Source: a virus | Taxonomy: Duplodnaviria > Caudoviricetes | IMG/VR virus record: IMGVR_UViG_3300042935_001404 | Strand: one strand, 5' to 3' | Length of the DNA: 64,000 nt | Shown: positions 55,276 to 64,000 of the stretch, one piece after another | How the letters are laid out: each line of letters begins with the position of its first letter | How positions within the stretch are numbered: position 1 is the stretch's first letter | Notes under the pieces: model-generated | The model's input: only the letters and a program-made list of their open reading frames with translations | The model's database searches: none | Told to the model about the DNA's origin: nothing | Position numbers and translations under genes: made by a program

Positions 55276-55925
55276 CTTATAAATGGACGATAGTTCAAGC
55301 AAGCAACATTGGCATTCATACGCCATGCTTTGGGAATATTGGACTCTTCACCAATGAATGTAAACTTAGTTGACGGATACGCTGTTATTACTCCGTTTAC
55401 ATGTGCCAACCATTCACTCACAGTTCCAACTGTGTCGTTGGTGTAACCCAGTGCATAAATTTCTTTATGCCCGTCAAATGCTGCCATCCATAACACCAGA
55501 GCTTCTAGTGCTATGAGTGTGTTGTAGGGAATTAGATAAAATTCTCCCGGATGCATTAAACAGGTTCGAGTGCTACCGTACACAATATTGTCATTTACAT
55601 ACCCAGATTCAACCAGTTCGTCGATGATGATTTTATCAATTTCCACTGCAAAGTTCAATCGCATCTCTTTAGCAATTGTACCTGTGCCGTATGTCTGTAA
55701 CTTTTTTGAACTTAACAAGCCACCTTTATGACGTTGTAGTCTTGAATAATCAAATAAGTTACGATCTACATTGCTACCAATGCAGGCAGCGCGGCCACTG
55801 ATGTGCTGGTTGTCAATCGGATTGGCTACCCATTCTCTGTTTTGTGTTTTTTTGCCACCGCTCCATCGGCTTTCGGTGATTACAAATTCACCTTCGTAGT
55901 CTGCTCTATATCGTTCTTGTATCAT
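55260..55925 (-). CDS. Hypothetical protein, weak MptE/GT29-like Rossmann resemblance
   Basis: AACIGS, LQTYG and AAFDGHKEIYALGY. The family call is tentative. Confidence 0.4.
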   Translation of the reverse strand: MIQERYRADYEGEFVITESRWSGGKKTQNREWVANPIDNQHISGRAACIGSNVDRNLFDYSRLQRHKGGLLSSKKLQTYGTGTIAKEMRLNFAVEIDKIIIDELVESGYVNDNIVYGSTRTCLMHPGEFYLIPYNTLIALEALVLWMAAFDGHKEIYALGYTNDTVGTVSEWLAHVNGVITAYPSTKFTFIGEESNIPKAWRMNANVACLNYRPFISHCDI

Positions 55926-57526
55926 AATCGTCCTACTGCAACTTCAATGGTCACAACTTCATTAGATTTGATGTTTTCCAATGATTTTCCAACCACACAT
56001 CCAGGTTTGAATTTTGATGTTTTTATGGCCATGGCTGTTCCAGGAGTGTCTCCTGTTACCAACACAGTGCCTTTGGTTACAGGTCCTTGAACCAGGCAAG
56101 GAACACGACCAGTCAATGCTACAGGCAATATCCATTCTCCTGACTGTCCAGCATTCATTAAATAACTTGGGTTAGTTGATATAATTCCTGCCACTGCGGT
56201 GTTGTGATTTTTATTGCTGATGGTGATTTCTTTGTCACCGCCAAATACTACCACTGTGCCGGGAGCATAGTCAGCATCGGCTTCATAGTTTTCTGCCAAG
56301 TCAGCATACTGTGCTGAGGTGGCCTTGGCAAAAACAGTGTTGAAGTATGTTGTTGCTGATCCAATATTACCTACCCCATTACCGTTGGCGTTGACAATAT
56401 TACCAACAGTGATGTTGCCTGTTGACACAGTCAAACTGCTACCAGTAATTGCGGCACCAGTAATGGCACCGGTTGCACTGATCAATCCACCTGTTAATAC
56501 GTTGCCACCGGTGATGGTACCAGTAGCGGAAATTGCACCTGCAACCGTTAATAGTGTTGATGGATCAAGGGAAAAAGTACCAATACCAACGAGACCATCG
56601 TTTCTAACTATCATTCCATTACCAATCGCAGTGTACACCTGCAAGGCAGCTTGACTGCCAGACGAACCTGATAAATCTACTCTTAATCCATAAGCCCCTG
56701 CTGTGTAATTTTTAAAATCTCCTGTCCAATCAGCAATAGTTTGAACCGTTTGAAATTTAACACTTGGTGAGCTTGTCCCAATGCCTACACTGCCGCTTGT
56801 AGTTAAGTTACCACCTGTGACAGTACCAGTTGCACTGATCAATCCGCCTGTTAATACATTGCTACCCGTAACATTTCCCGAAGTAATCGATCCGGTGGTG
56901 CTTATGGTATTGCTACCAAACGCAGCCATAAATGTTGCTACGTTACTATTGCCATATGTTGCTGGTAAACCTGTTAGTTGACTACCATTGCCCAGGATGT
57001 AATTGCCAGTTATATTGCCTGTAGCACTTACTGCACCGTTTGTGTAAAGAGTTGTGCCATTCCATGTTAGATCAGGTGATCCGCCCATGGTTCCGGCATT
57101 GTTGTACTGTATTTGTGTGTTGGATCCGCCAATTTGACTCAGTATGTTAATTACAAAAGTCAATGCAGTAGTACCAATAATAATTGGATTATCGGTGGTT
57201 AATTTCCATTGGGTGTCGTGGTATAAAGACCCTTCGGTAACCATCACAATCATGCCGGCTTGTACTTCGCCGTTTTCGTTGCCGTCAGTTGTGCGAAGCC
57301 ATATGCCGTTGGCACCTGTGCCCACGGAGGATACAAAATACAGGCCATTTTGGCTGGCCGTGTTTTGTCCAGTTACCAAAACTCGATCGTCTTCTGCCAG
57401 GTTAACTCCGTCAACTTGACTTGGGGCTCCGCCGGCTAGTGTAACATCGCTGACTGTGATTACACGAGTTGCTTGTTTGTAATCTATATCAAAAATCTGC
57501 GAGGCACGCGGTTTAGTTAATCCCAT
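55922..57526 (-). CDS. Tail fibre/appendage protein with C-terminal peptidase G2-like intramolecular chaperone
   Basis: Repeated ATGxITGGN units. C-terminal YADLAENYE...PGTVV...GIIST.P...VALTGRVP. Confidence 0.7.
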   Translation of the reverse strand: MGLTKPRASQIFDIDYKQATRVITVSDVTLAGGAPSQVDGVNLAEDDRVLVTGQNTASQNGLYFVSSVGTGANGIWLRTTDGNENGEVQAGMIVMVTEGSLYHDTQWKLTTDNPIIIGTTALTFVINILSQIGGSNTQIQYNNAGTMGGSPDLTWNGTTLYTNGAVSATGNITGNYILGNGSQLTGLPATYGNSNVATFMAAFGSNTISTTGSITSGNVTGSNVLTGGLISATGTVTGGNLTTSGSVGIGTSSPSVKFQTVQTIADWTGDFKNYTAGAYGLRVDLSGSSGSQAALQVYTAIGNGMIVRNDGLVGIGTFSLDPSTLLTVAGAISATGTITGGNVLTGGLISATGAITGAAITGSSLTVSTGNITVGNIVNANGNGVGNIGSATTYFNTVFAKATSAQYADLAENYEADADYAPGTVVVFGGDKEITISNKNHNTAVAGIISTNPSYLMNAGQSGEWILPVALTGRVPCLVQGPVTKGTVLVTGDTPGTAMAIKTSKFKPGCVVGKSLENIKSNEVVTIEVAVGRL

Positions 57527-57558
57527 TGTTCATCCATTGTTATATGATATTTAGTCAA

Positions 57559-57587
57559 AAAAATAGGACTACAAAAGTCCTATTTTT
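57559..57587. terminator. Terminator-like hairpin
   Basis: AAAAATAGGACT-ACAAA-AGTCCTATTTTT. Followed on - by TAAATA (57548-57553). Confidence 0.8.
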
Positions 57588-57604
57588 GAGTTTAAAACTG
57601 TTTT

Positions 57605-58381
57605 TTAAAACGGTGTTGTTCCAGTCTGTGCAACTGTGCCGTTGTTGGTAACAGTTTGTGTGCCGCTTGTGTCTGTGGTCACTACTGCACCCAACATCAA
57701 GTATTCAGTGTTGGCACCTGCTGTCAACGGTGCTACTGGTGCAGTGATTGTGGCACTGTTGCTGTCGTACACAGCCGCACCAATGGTCGCTCTGAAATTG
57801 GTAATAAATCCTGGAAAATATCCACCATAGTATCTACCTACCCAGTTGCTGTTGCCCCAACTTTGACTGTCAGTTTGTGTGCCACCGCTAGGACTGCTGC
57901 CACCTGAAGCGCCGGTTGCTCGAGCACAGGTCACTGTTGAATAGTTGTCAACAAATGTACCAATCCACATGGTTTCTAGATTAGTGCTGGCATTGCGATT
58001 CAGCACTATGTATTGCCACTTGTTAGTTTGCAATGTTGCTGCTGGCCAAGTATAACCAGGTTGATATCCTCCACCATATCTATCCAGAGTAATAGTGGCA
58101 TCATCGCTAGTAAACAGACTCATGCCCACACTTTGATCAGTGGCCAGCAATCCTTTGTTAGTAAATCCACCGGTGTTGTAGAACCAGCCTTCTATGGTAA
58201 ATGCATCGGCGGCAGGAGTCATACCCGGGGACATTGAGAGATATTGGCTTGAGCCGTTGAAACTCAAACTGCCGGCAAGAGGTGTGTATAAATCTACTGG
58301 TGGAGGTGGTGGCGCACCCATACTCCACCCGGGTCCTATACTCCATCCTGCTCCAATTTTTATTCCTAATGGCGGTGCCAT
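57605..58381 (-). CDS. Concanavalin A/LamG-like lectin-domain virion protein
   Basis: GSLSFNGSSQYL, FTIEGWFY, WQYIVL.R and GFITNFR motifs. Confidence 0.75.
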   Translation of the reverse strand: MAPPLGIKIGAGWSIGPGWSMGAPPPPPVDLYTPLAGSLSFNGSSQYLSMSPGMTPAADAFTIEGWFYNTGGFTNKGLLATDQSVGMSLFTSDDATITLDRYGGGYQPGYTWPAATLQTNKWQYIVLNRNASTNLETMWIGTFVDNYSTVTCARATGASGGSSPSGGTQTDSQSWGNSNWVGRYYGGYFPGFITNFRATIGAAVYDSNSATITAPVAPLTAGANTEYLMLGAVVTTDTSGTQTVTNNGTVAQTGTTPF

Positions 58382-58402
58382 GTTATATTCCTTTGTCTAT
58401 AT

Positions 58403-58431
58403 AAAAAGATAGGGCCCAAAGACCCTATCTT
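58403..58431 (-). terminator. Terminator-like hairpin
   Basis: AAGATAGGG-N8-CCCTATCTT plus TTT on -. TAAATA (58442-58447) lies just upstream. Confidence 0.65.
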
Positions 58432-58453
58432 GTTGCTTGCTTATTTACACAGT

Positions 58454-61400
58454 TTAGTTGCGACCAATTACCACTTCAATTGTGCCTTCAGCACCGCTAA
58501 AGTTTTCCAGGGCCTTGCCAATGATACTGCCTGCACGAGCTGAGTTATCCACTCGGGCTGCACCGTTGCCGGCTGCCACCATCATGTCACCTTTGGCCAC
58601 TGGTCCAACAACTCTACATGGTACGCGACCTTGCAGTGCCACCATTGCCACGTGTTCTGCAGTTAATCCAGCATTCATGATGTAACTTGGGTTAGTACTC
58701 ACAACACCTGCTACTCTAGTTGAGCCTGCTTCTGTGGACAGCGTAACTTCTTTGTCGCCGCCAAACTCTAACACAGTACCCGGTGCGTACTCTGCGTCTG
58801 CTTCGTACTTCTCTGCCAAGTCAGCGTATTGCGCACTTGTTGCTTTGGCAAATACTGTGTTGAAGTAAACACTAGAACTACCAATGTTACCTATGCCGTT
58901 GCCGTTAGCGTTAACAATGTTACCACCAGTAATAGTACCTGTTCCAACTGTCAAGTTACCACCTGCAATGTTGCCAGTTGCACTTACAATACCTGCTGTG
59001 GTTAGGTTGGCACCTGTTACATTGCCAGTGCCCATACTAACACTATTACCACTTGAGGTAATTGTTGCAGAACCTAATTTAATACTGTTACCAGATAGAT
59101 ATAAATCTCTCCAGGCCTGTGTTTCACTGCCCAAGTCGTATGTGACGTTGGCACTTGGTAACAAGTTACCGCCAAGTGTCAAGCCAACTGTGGTAAACAC
59201 TGCCACATTGCTTGTGCCGCCAATTGTGATGTTGGCATTGCCACTGGCTGATTGGATATCAAAGCTGGTTGTACCGTTTTGGATACGATCGCCTAGAATG
59301 TTGCCTTGCAATGTTGCGTTGCCACTCACAGTCAAGTTACCTTGGATATCTACCAGTCCAGGGCTAATGGTCATCACTGTTGTGCCGGCTACATTACCGC
59401 GGATGTTGCCTCCACTGGAGACAACTGCCATATTTGATGTGCCGTTGGTGATAGCAGTGCTGTTGATGTTTCCACCTAAAATTGTTCCGTTTACACTCAA
59501 GTCACCTGTAACGTTAACCAGTGCAGCCGTTTCACTTGTTGCTACAATTGCGTTGCCGGCAGCGTTTGAGATGCTGTTGACACTGGTAGTAGTGGTAAAC
59601 ATACGCACATCAATTACGTCGCCTGCGGCAGGTGCTTCAGTAAACGTCAATGTAGTGGTACTGATTGAGTACGCTGTGGTTGGAATCTGTTGAACACCGT
59701 TGATTGCAACAATAGCACCAGCAGTGGTTGAGGCCTGCGTCAAGGTGAATGCTACAGTTGAACCATCACCGTTGAACTGATTGTCAGCAACAACTGTAAA
59801 CGCCGGAGTACCAACTGTTTCCCATCCTGTTGAGGCGTATTGTTCTAAACTATCAACTGATGTGTTGTAACGCAACATACCAACAACGCCTGTTGGACGC
59901 TGTGCTGTGTTACCAACTGGGAACAGTACGGAGTTTGTGGCATTAACTGCCAGTATAGCCCCAGTGGTCTGTGTTGCACTGCCAATACTGACGGTGTCTG
60001 TCCCTGCATCCACAAACAACAAGTTGGCAACAGTGTCACCATTCACAGCAAAGTTTACATCGGCCAGCGCAGAGTTGATGTTGACAACGCCGCCGCCTGC
60101 ATCAGTGATATCATCACCTGAAATTACAATGTTGCCAAACTTGCCCGATGTTGCAATCACGTTGCCAGCAGTAACATTACCTGTAGCACTTACAATACCA
60201 CCTGTTATTATGTTTCCACCTGTTACATTAGCAGTAGCACTTACTGTGGTGGCTTCTATATTACCAATAAATGTTTGACCGGTTACGTTACCAGTAGCAC
60301 TTACAGTAGTGGCTTCTATATTACCAATAAATGTTTGACCGGTTACGTTACCAACAGCACTTACATTGCCTGCTGTGGCATTGCCTGTTGAACTTACTGT
60401 GCCGCCTGTGGCCAAATTGCCACCTGTTACTGTGCCGTTTGCACTCACAGTGCCAGTTACGTCTATGCCACCTGTGGTAAACACCACTACATTACTTGTG
60501 CCACCAATTGTGACATTGGCGTTGCCGTTTGTGGCAGTTGTGATATTGGTGTTACCGTTGATCAACGCTATTGCAGAATCAGCACTAACACCAGTCAGTT
60601 GTGAACCGTTGCCAATGAAGAAACTACCAGCGCCTGCAGTGATGTTGCCTACGGTGCTTACAGTACCACCTGTGGCAACATTGCCCAAGGTAGCAGTGCC
60701 TGTACTACTGATTATTCCGCCGGTGATCAAGTTGCCGCCGGTGATATTGCCGGTGCCAGAAATGTCACCACCTGCACCACTGGTTAAGATATTGCCACCT
60801 GTGATATTGCCTGTGGCACTGATCAATCCACCTGTGTTGACATTACCCAGTGTGGCAGTTCCTGTAGAACTTACAGTGCCACCTGTTTCTAAATTGCCAC
60901 CTTTGATATTGCCAGTAGCACTGATGCTTACTGTGTCAAAATTACCATTGGATGTGATGTTGCCAGCAGTTAAGTTTCCAGTGGCACTTACAAGTCCACC
61001 TGTGTTGACATTACCAAATGTACCTGTTCCGGTTGAACTTACAATGCCGCCGGTTAGGACATTACCAGCGTCTACGTTGCCTGTGGCAGTTAAACTTGTG
61101 CCAGTTGCCGCACCAATATTTGGTGTTGTCAGCACAGCACTGGCTGGAATGATCAACTGGTTACTGCCGTTAATGCCAATTGTGGCATTGGCAGAACCAT
61201 CAGTGTTGACGTTGAACTGTGTGCCACTCAATGACAGCGCATTGCCTGCTGTGTACTGTCCTGCTCCTGAGAACTGTGCCCATATAATTTCTGTTGTGCC
61301 AACTATGATTGGGCTTGCACTGTTGTTGGTACATACCCAACCTGTATCAGCCAGTACATTGCCAGTTTCAACAAATGTGAACGCACCGTACATTTCATTT

Positions 61401-63403
61401 GGAATGTCAAAGTCCACAGCACGTGTCAACACGTATGCTGTACCCGGAGCACCTGCTGTGGTTACAACGTAGATACCATTGAATGCAGCCGATGCTGTTG
61501 AATTGTTAACAAATGCGCCTGTTTCGTTCTTGACCAGTACTCGCTGACCAGATGCAACTATTTCACCATCAATGGTCAAGTTGCCTGCAACATTACCTGT
61601 CAGTGTTGCACCAACACCGCTGGTGCCGTTGTTGTATACATAAGCAGGCAGTGTAGCATATGTGCCTACGTGTACAGATGCTTTAAGGTCAAGACCCTGT
61701 GCCACTGCATCAACATAACTCTTGGTTGCGGCATCCTGTGCCTGGACTGGATCTTTAACACCGTTGATGAAACTGGTGTTGACATTGATGTTGCCTGTTC
61801 CATTTGTGACCAAACTAATGCCACTGTTGGCAGATGTAGAAGTGATAGTTACCGAAGGTGCTTCAAATCCAGCATTAGCAATTATAAAGTCACCAATGAC
61901 ATTACCGGTAGCAGAAACAAACCCATTTACATTGACATTGCCAAATGTACCTAGGCCAGCACCAGTGATGTTGCCAGTTGCACTGATCAATCCACCTGTT
62001 AACACATTGCCACCAAACACATTTCCTGTTGCACTTGAAATGCCGCCAGTCAATATATTACCACCAGTGATGTTGCCAGCGCCGCTGATTGTTCCACCCG
62101 TCTCAACGTTGCCCAGGGTGGCCATGCCAGTTGCACTTATTGTTCCACCTGTGGCCAAGTTGCCTACAGTGGCAGTACCAGTAGCACTCACAGTACCACC
62201 AGTAGCAACGTTGCCAAATGTACCTGTGCCAGTGGCACTTACTTGGCCACCTGTCAGCAAGTTTCCGCCTGTGACATTGCCAGTAACACTGAATGATCCG
62301 CCTGTGCTGATATTACCAAATGTGCCGTTACCTGTGGCACTTACTTCTCCGCTGGTTAATACATTACCACCTGTGATTGTGCCAGTAGAACTCACAGTAC
62401 CACCTGTAGCAACATTGCCAAATGTACCTGTTCCGGTGGCACTTACTGTGCCTGACGTGGCAACATTGCCAGCAACAACCGTATTTGAAAGTGTAATGCC
62501 TTCTGCATTTGACGTGATAGTCTGTGTACCAATGTAGATACTGTTGCCAGACAAATATAAATCTTTCCACAATGCACCAGCAGCACCCAGGTTATAAGTT
62601 GCAGTTGTAGTTGGAACCAAGTTGCTGTTGACTGTTCCAGTGACTGTTAAGATGTTGCCAACTGTTACGTTGGCAACCACTGAAACATTGTTGGCCAATG
62701 CCACGGTGACACTACTTACGTTGCCAGTAACTGATGCCACTGCAACAGTGATTTGATCAGTTGTTCCGTCAAAGTCAATTGTGTCGCCACCGTTGACTGC
62801 TTCTGTAGTTGTGCCGTCAGAGATGGCAAAAGATGAGTTGCCCAATGTGCTTAAAACATACGCTTTGGTGGCAGCATCGGTGTTGGCAACCGGATCAGCA
62901 ACGTTGCTGATCACCACATTACCAAAACTCACAATAGAGTTGGCTGCCACTGTCAAGTTGGCAATGTTACTTTGACCAGCAACAGTTAATCCAGCAGTTA
63001 CATTGGCATTTAATGTGGTAAGATTGGCATATGCTGACACTACAATTGTAGTTTCTGTCTCAGGGGTGCTGGTAAATGCTGTTATAAAGGACTGTGCGCT
63101 TTCGTCCCAGACAAAAGCAATGTTGTTGGCAGTACCACGTTGACCAATGAAACCAATGTCCACTGCTGGAGAACCAGTCTGTGTGGAAGCCAGTAAAATA
63201 ACCGGATCTTCAATGGTGGTAATGTTGGTGTCAATTGCAGTGGTATTGCCTTGAACAGTCAAGTTTCCTGTGACAGTAAGATTTGACCCGTAGGTCAGAT
63301 TGTTTGCGATTTTTGCGGCACTGATCGAATAATCAACTAGTTTCGAACTGGCAACAATGGTTGCATCTGTAATTTGATTATTCTTAATTCTGGTAACAGC
63401 CAT
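58454..63403 (-). CDS. Very long Gly/Thr/Asn-rich tail fibre with peptidase G2-like C-terminus
   Basis: Dozens of S/ATGNxTGGN repeats, DAATKxYV motifs, and C-terminal YADLAEKYE...VALQGRVP. Start moved to ATG 63403 (AAGGA RBS). Confidence 0.8.
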   Translation of the reverse strand: MAVTRIKNNQITDATIVASSKLVDYSISAAKIANNLTYGSNLTVTGNLTVQGNTTAIDTNITTIEDPVILLASTQTGSPAVDIGFIGQRGTANNIAFVWDESAQSFITAFTSTPETETTIVVSAYANLTTLNANVTAGLTVAGQSNIANLTVAANSIVSFGNVVISNVADPVANTDAATKAYVLSTLGNSSFAISDGTTTEAVNGGDTIDFDGTTDQITVAVASVTGNVSSVTVALANNVSVVANVTVGNILTVTGTVNSNLVPTTTATYNLGAAGALWKDLYLSGNSIYIGTQTITSNAEGITLSNTVVAGNVATSGTVSATGTGTFGNVATGGTVSSTGTITGGNVLTSGEVSATGNGTFGNISTGGSFSVTGNVTGGNLLTGGQVSATGTGTFGNVATGGTVSATGTATVGNLATGGTISATGMATLGNVETGGTISGAGNITGGNILTGGISSATGNVFGGNVLTGGLISATGNITGAGLGTFGNVNVNGFVSATGNVIGDFIIANAGFEAPSVTITSTSANSGISLVTNGTGNINVNTSFINGVKDPVQAQDAATKSYVDAVAQGLDLKASVHVGTYATLPAYVYNNGTSGVGATLTGNVAGNLTIDGEIVASGQRVLVKNETGAFVNNSTASAAFNGIYVVTTAGAPGTAYVLTRAVDFDIPNEMYGAFTFVETGNVLADTGWVCTNNSASPIIVGTTEIIWAQFSGAGQYTAGNALSLSGTQFNVNTDGSANATIGINGSNQLIIPASAVLTTPNIGAATGTSLTATGNVDAGNVLTGGIVSSTGTGTFGNVNTGGLVSATGNLTAGNITSNGNFDTVSISATGNIKGGNLETGGTVSSTGTATLGNVNTGGLISATGNITGGNILTSGAGGDISGTGNITGGNLITGGIISSTGTATLGNVATGGTVSTVGNITAGAGSFFIGNGSQLTGVSADSAIALINGNTNITTATNGNANVTIGGTSNVVVFTTGGIDVTGTVSANGTVTGGNLATGGTVSSTGNATAGNVSAVGNVTGQTFIGNIEATTVSATGNVTGQTFIGNIEATTVSATANVTGGNIITGGIVSATGNVTAGNVIATSGKFGNIVISGDDITDAGGGVVNINSALADVNFAVNGDTVANLLFVDAGTDTVSIGSATQTTGAILAVNATNSVLFPVGNTAQRPTGVVGMLRYNTSVDSLEQYASTGWETVGTPAFTVVADNQFNGDGSTVAFTLTQASTTAGAIVAINGVQQIPTTAYSISTTTLTFTEAPAAGDVIDVRMFTTTTSVNSISNAAGNAIVATSETAALVNVTGDLSVNGTILGGNINSTAITNGTSNMAVVSSGGNIRGNVAGTTVMTISPGLVDIQGNLTVSGNATLQGNILGDRIQNGTTSFDIQSASGNANITIGGTSNVAVFTTVGLTLGGNLLPSANVTYDLGSETQAWRDLYLSGNSIKLGSATITSSGNSVSMGTGNVTGANLTTAGIVSATGNIAGGNLTVGTGTITGGNIVNANGNGIGNIGSSSVYFNTVFAKATSAQYADLAEKYEADAEYAPGTVLEFGGDKEVTLSTEAGSTRVAGVVSTNPSYIMNAGLTAEHVAMVALQGRVPCRVVGPVAKGDMMVAAGNGAARVDNSARAGSIIGKALENFSGAEGTIEVVIGRN
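60241..60360. repeat. 60-bp tandem duplication within the fibre gene
   Basis: Lines 60241-60300 and 60301-60360 differ at 4 positions. Encodes GNVTGQTFIGNIEATTVSA twice. Confidence 0.9.
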
Positions 63404-63429
63404 GACATTCCTTGTTTTTAACTTCAAAA

Positions 63430-63473
63430 ATCGCTAACACCCGTGTTAGCAATCTAAATTTATATGTTATTTA
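63430..63473 (-). promoter_or_regulatory. Late TAAATA followed by leader hairpin
   Basis: TAAATA at 63468-63473, then GCTAACA-CGGG-TGTTAGC plus GATTTTT before the RBS. Confidence 0.55.
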
Positions 63474-63606
63474 CCAAAGTCGTGGCGATAAACACTGCTC
63501 AGTTTAATAAACAGTGTGAAATAAATTTGTTACCGGGGAGTTTGTTGTGTTTTTATTTACCAAACTGGTAAAAACATTTAGCAGAATTGCAACATTTTAG
63601 TGCAGA

Positions 63607-64000
63607 TCAAGTTGTGATAGTGCTGCCAATAGTCACTTGTTTCCAGGCACCGCCTGTGTACACTGCCAAACAAGGTGATCCAGCAGCACCGTTGGAAACA
63701 TAGATCACCTGTCCTGTTGCAACGTTGCCTAGTCCGTTGGCCTGTGCTACTGTGTATGCAGGCAGTTGTAGACTGTGACCAGCACTGATATTCAATATAC
63801 TGGTGCTGGTCACTTGTGCCACAGTTGTAGAATTTATATCAAAATCAATGTTGCCGCCAGCTGTGGTGTTTACTTCTGCAGTTCCTGCAGAGTTTGTCAA
63901 AGCAGTTACTGTGCTAACTGTGGCAATAAATCGAATCTGTATGATATCAGTTGTCAACGGAACATCGGTGAATGTAATTTGATCAGTTGCCACTGTGTAA
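63607..64000 (-). CDS. C-terminal part of another fibre/baseplate-like protein (runs off the window end)
   Basis: Frame is open to the edge. YTVATDQITFTDVPLTTDIIQIR parallels YSISTTTLTFTEAPAAGDVIDVR in the long fibre. Confidence 0.7.
   Translation of the reverse strand, partial: YTVATDQITFTDVPLTTDIIQIRFIATVSTVTALTNSAGTAEVNTTAGGNIDFDINSTTVAQVTSTSILNISAGHSLQLPAYTVAQANGLGNVATGQVIYVSNGAAGSPCLAVYTGGAWKQVTIGSTITT

Noticed and set aside
58884-62537. Long + strand ORFs (269, 368 and 271 aa) opposite the fibre gene
   Set aside because: Antisense shadows of Gly/Thr/Asn/Val-rich repeats. They give monotonous PPV/LP sequences with no promoter or RBS.
55922-63403. Diversity-generating retroelement template/variable repeat pair in the fibre genes
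   Set aside because: No reverse transcriptase in the window. The shared segments appear to differ mainly at synonymous sites rather than showing adenine-specific changes.
1-64000. Possible stop-codon reassignment, since TAG stops are rare
   Set aside because: Core genes are full length in the standard code, and TAA, TGA and TAG all occur at plausible ends. Rarity alone is not evidence.
1-64000. tRNA, rRNA, CRISPR array or self-splicing intron
   Set aside because: No cloverleaf or regularly spaced repeat-spacer pattern was seen, and the core genes are uninterrupted. A tRNAscan/Infernal run would be needed to exclude them fully.

Overview
This 64 kb window looks like part of a large, distantly T4-related myophage genome. 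It reads cleanly in the standard genetic code. I found no rRNA, tRNA, CRISPR array, integrase or transposase. (1) T4-type replication and recombination genes: gp41-like helicase, gp61-like primase, gp62-like and gp59-like loaders, gp32-like SSB, UvsW/UvsX/UvsY, dNMP kinase and a DEDDh exonuclease. The only polymerase-like gene is a ~192-aa miniature DnaE (family C) catalytic fragment. (2) An ~11 kb glycan/nucleotide-sugar island at 14.2-25.5 kb, driven by late-type promoters, with a three-gene UDP-2-acetamido-2,6-dideoxy-L-hexose pathway. (3) Packaging, head and tail genes: TerL, a TerS candidate, gp4, tube, a very large sheath, neck gp13/14/15, and long fibres with autoproteolytic chaperone-like C-termini. 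(4) Candidate capsid-internal proteins with T4-like capsid-targeting N-termini and repeated prohead-protease-like sites. (5) Radical SAM, SGNH-like and P-loop-like accessory genes inserted repeatedly next to core genes. Two promoter classes are visible: sigma70-like TTGACN-N17-TANNNT and late-type TAAATA. Many sit only 4-8 nt from an ATG, which suggests widespread leaderless translation. All family assignments come from motif recognition by eye; no database searches were run.
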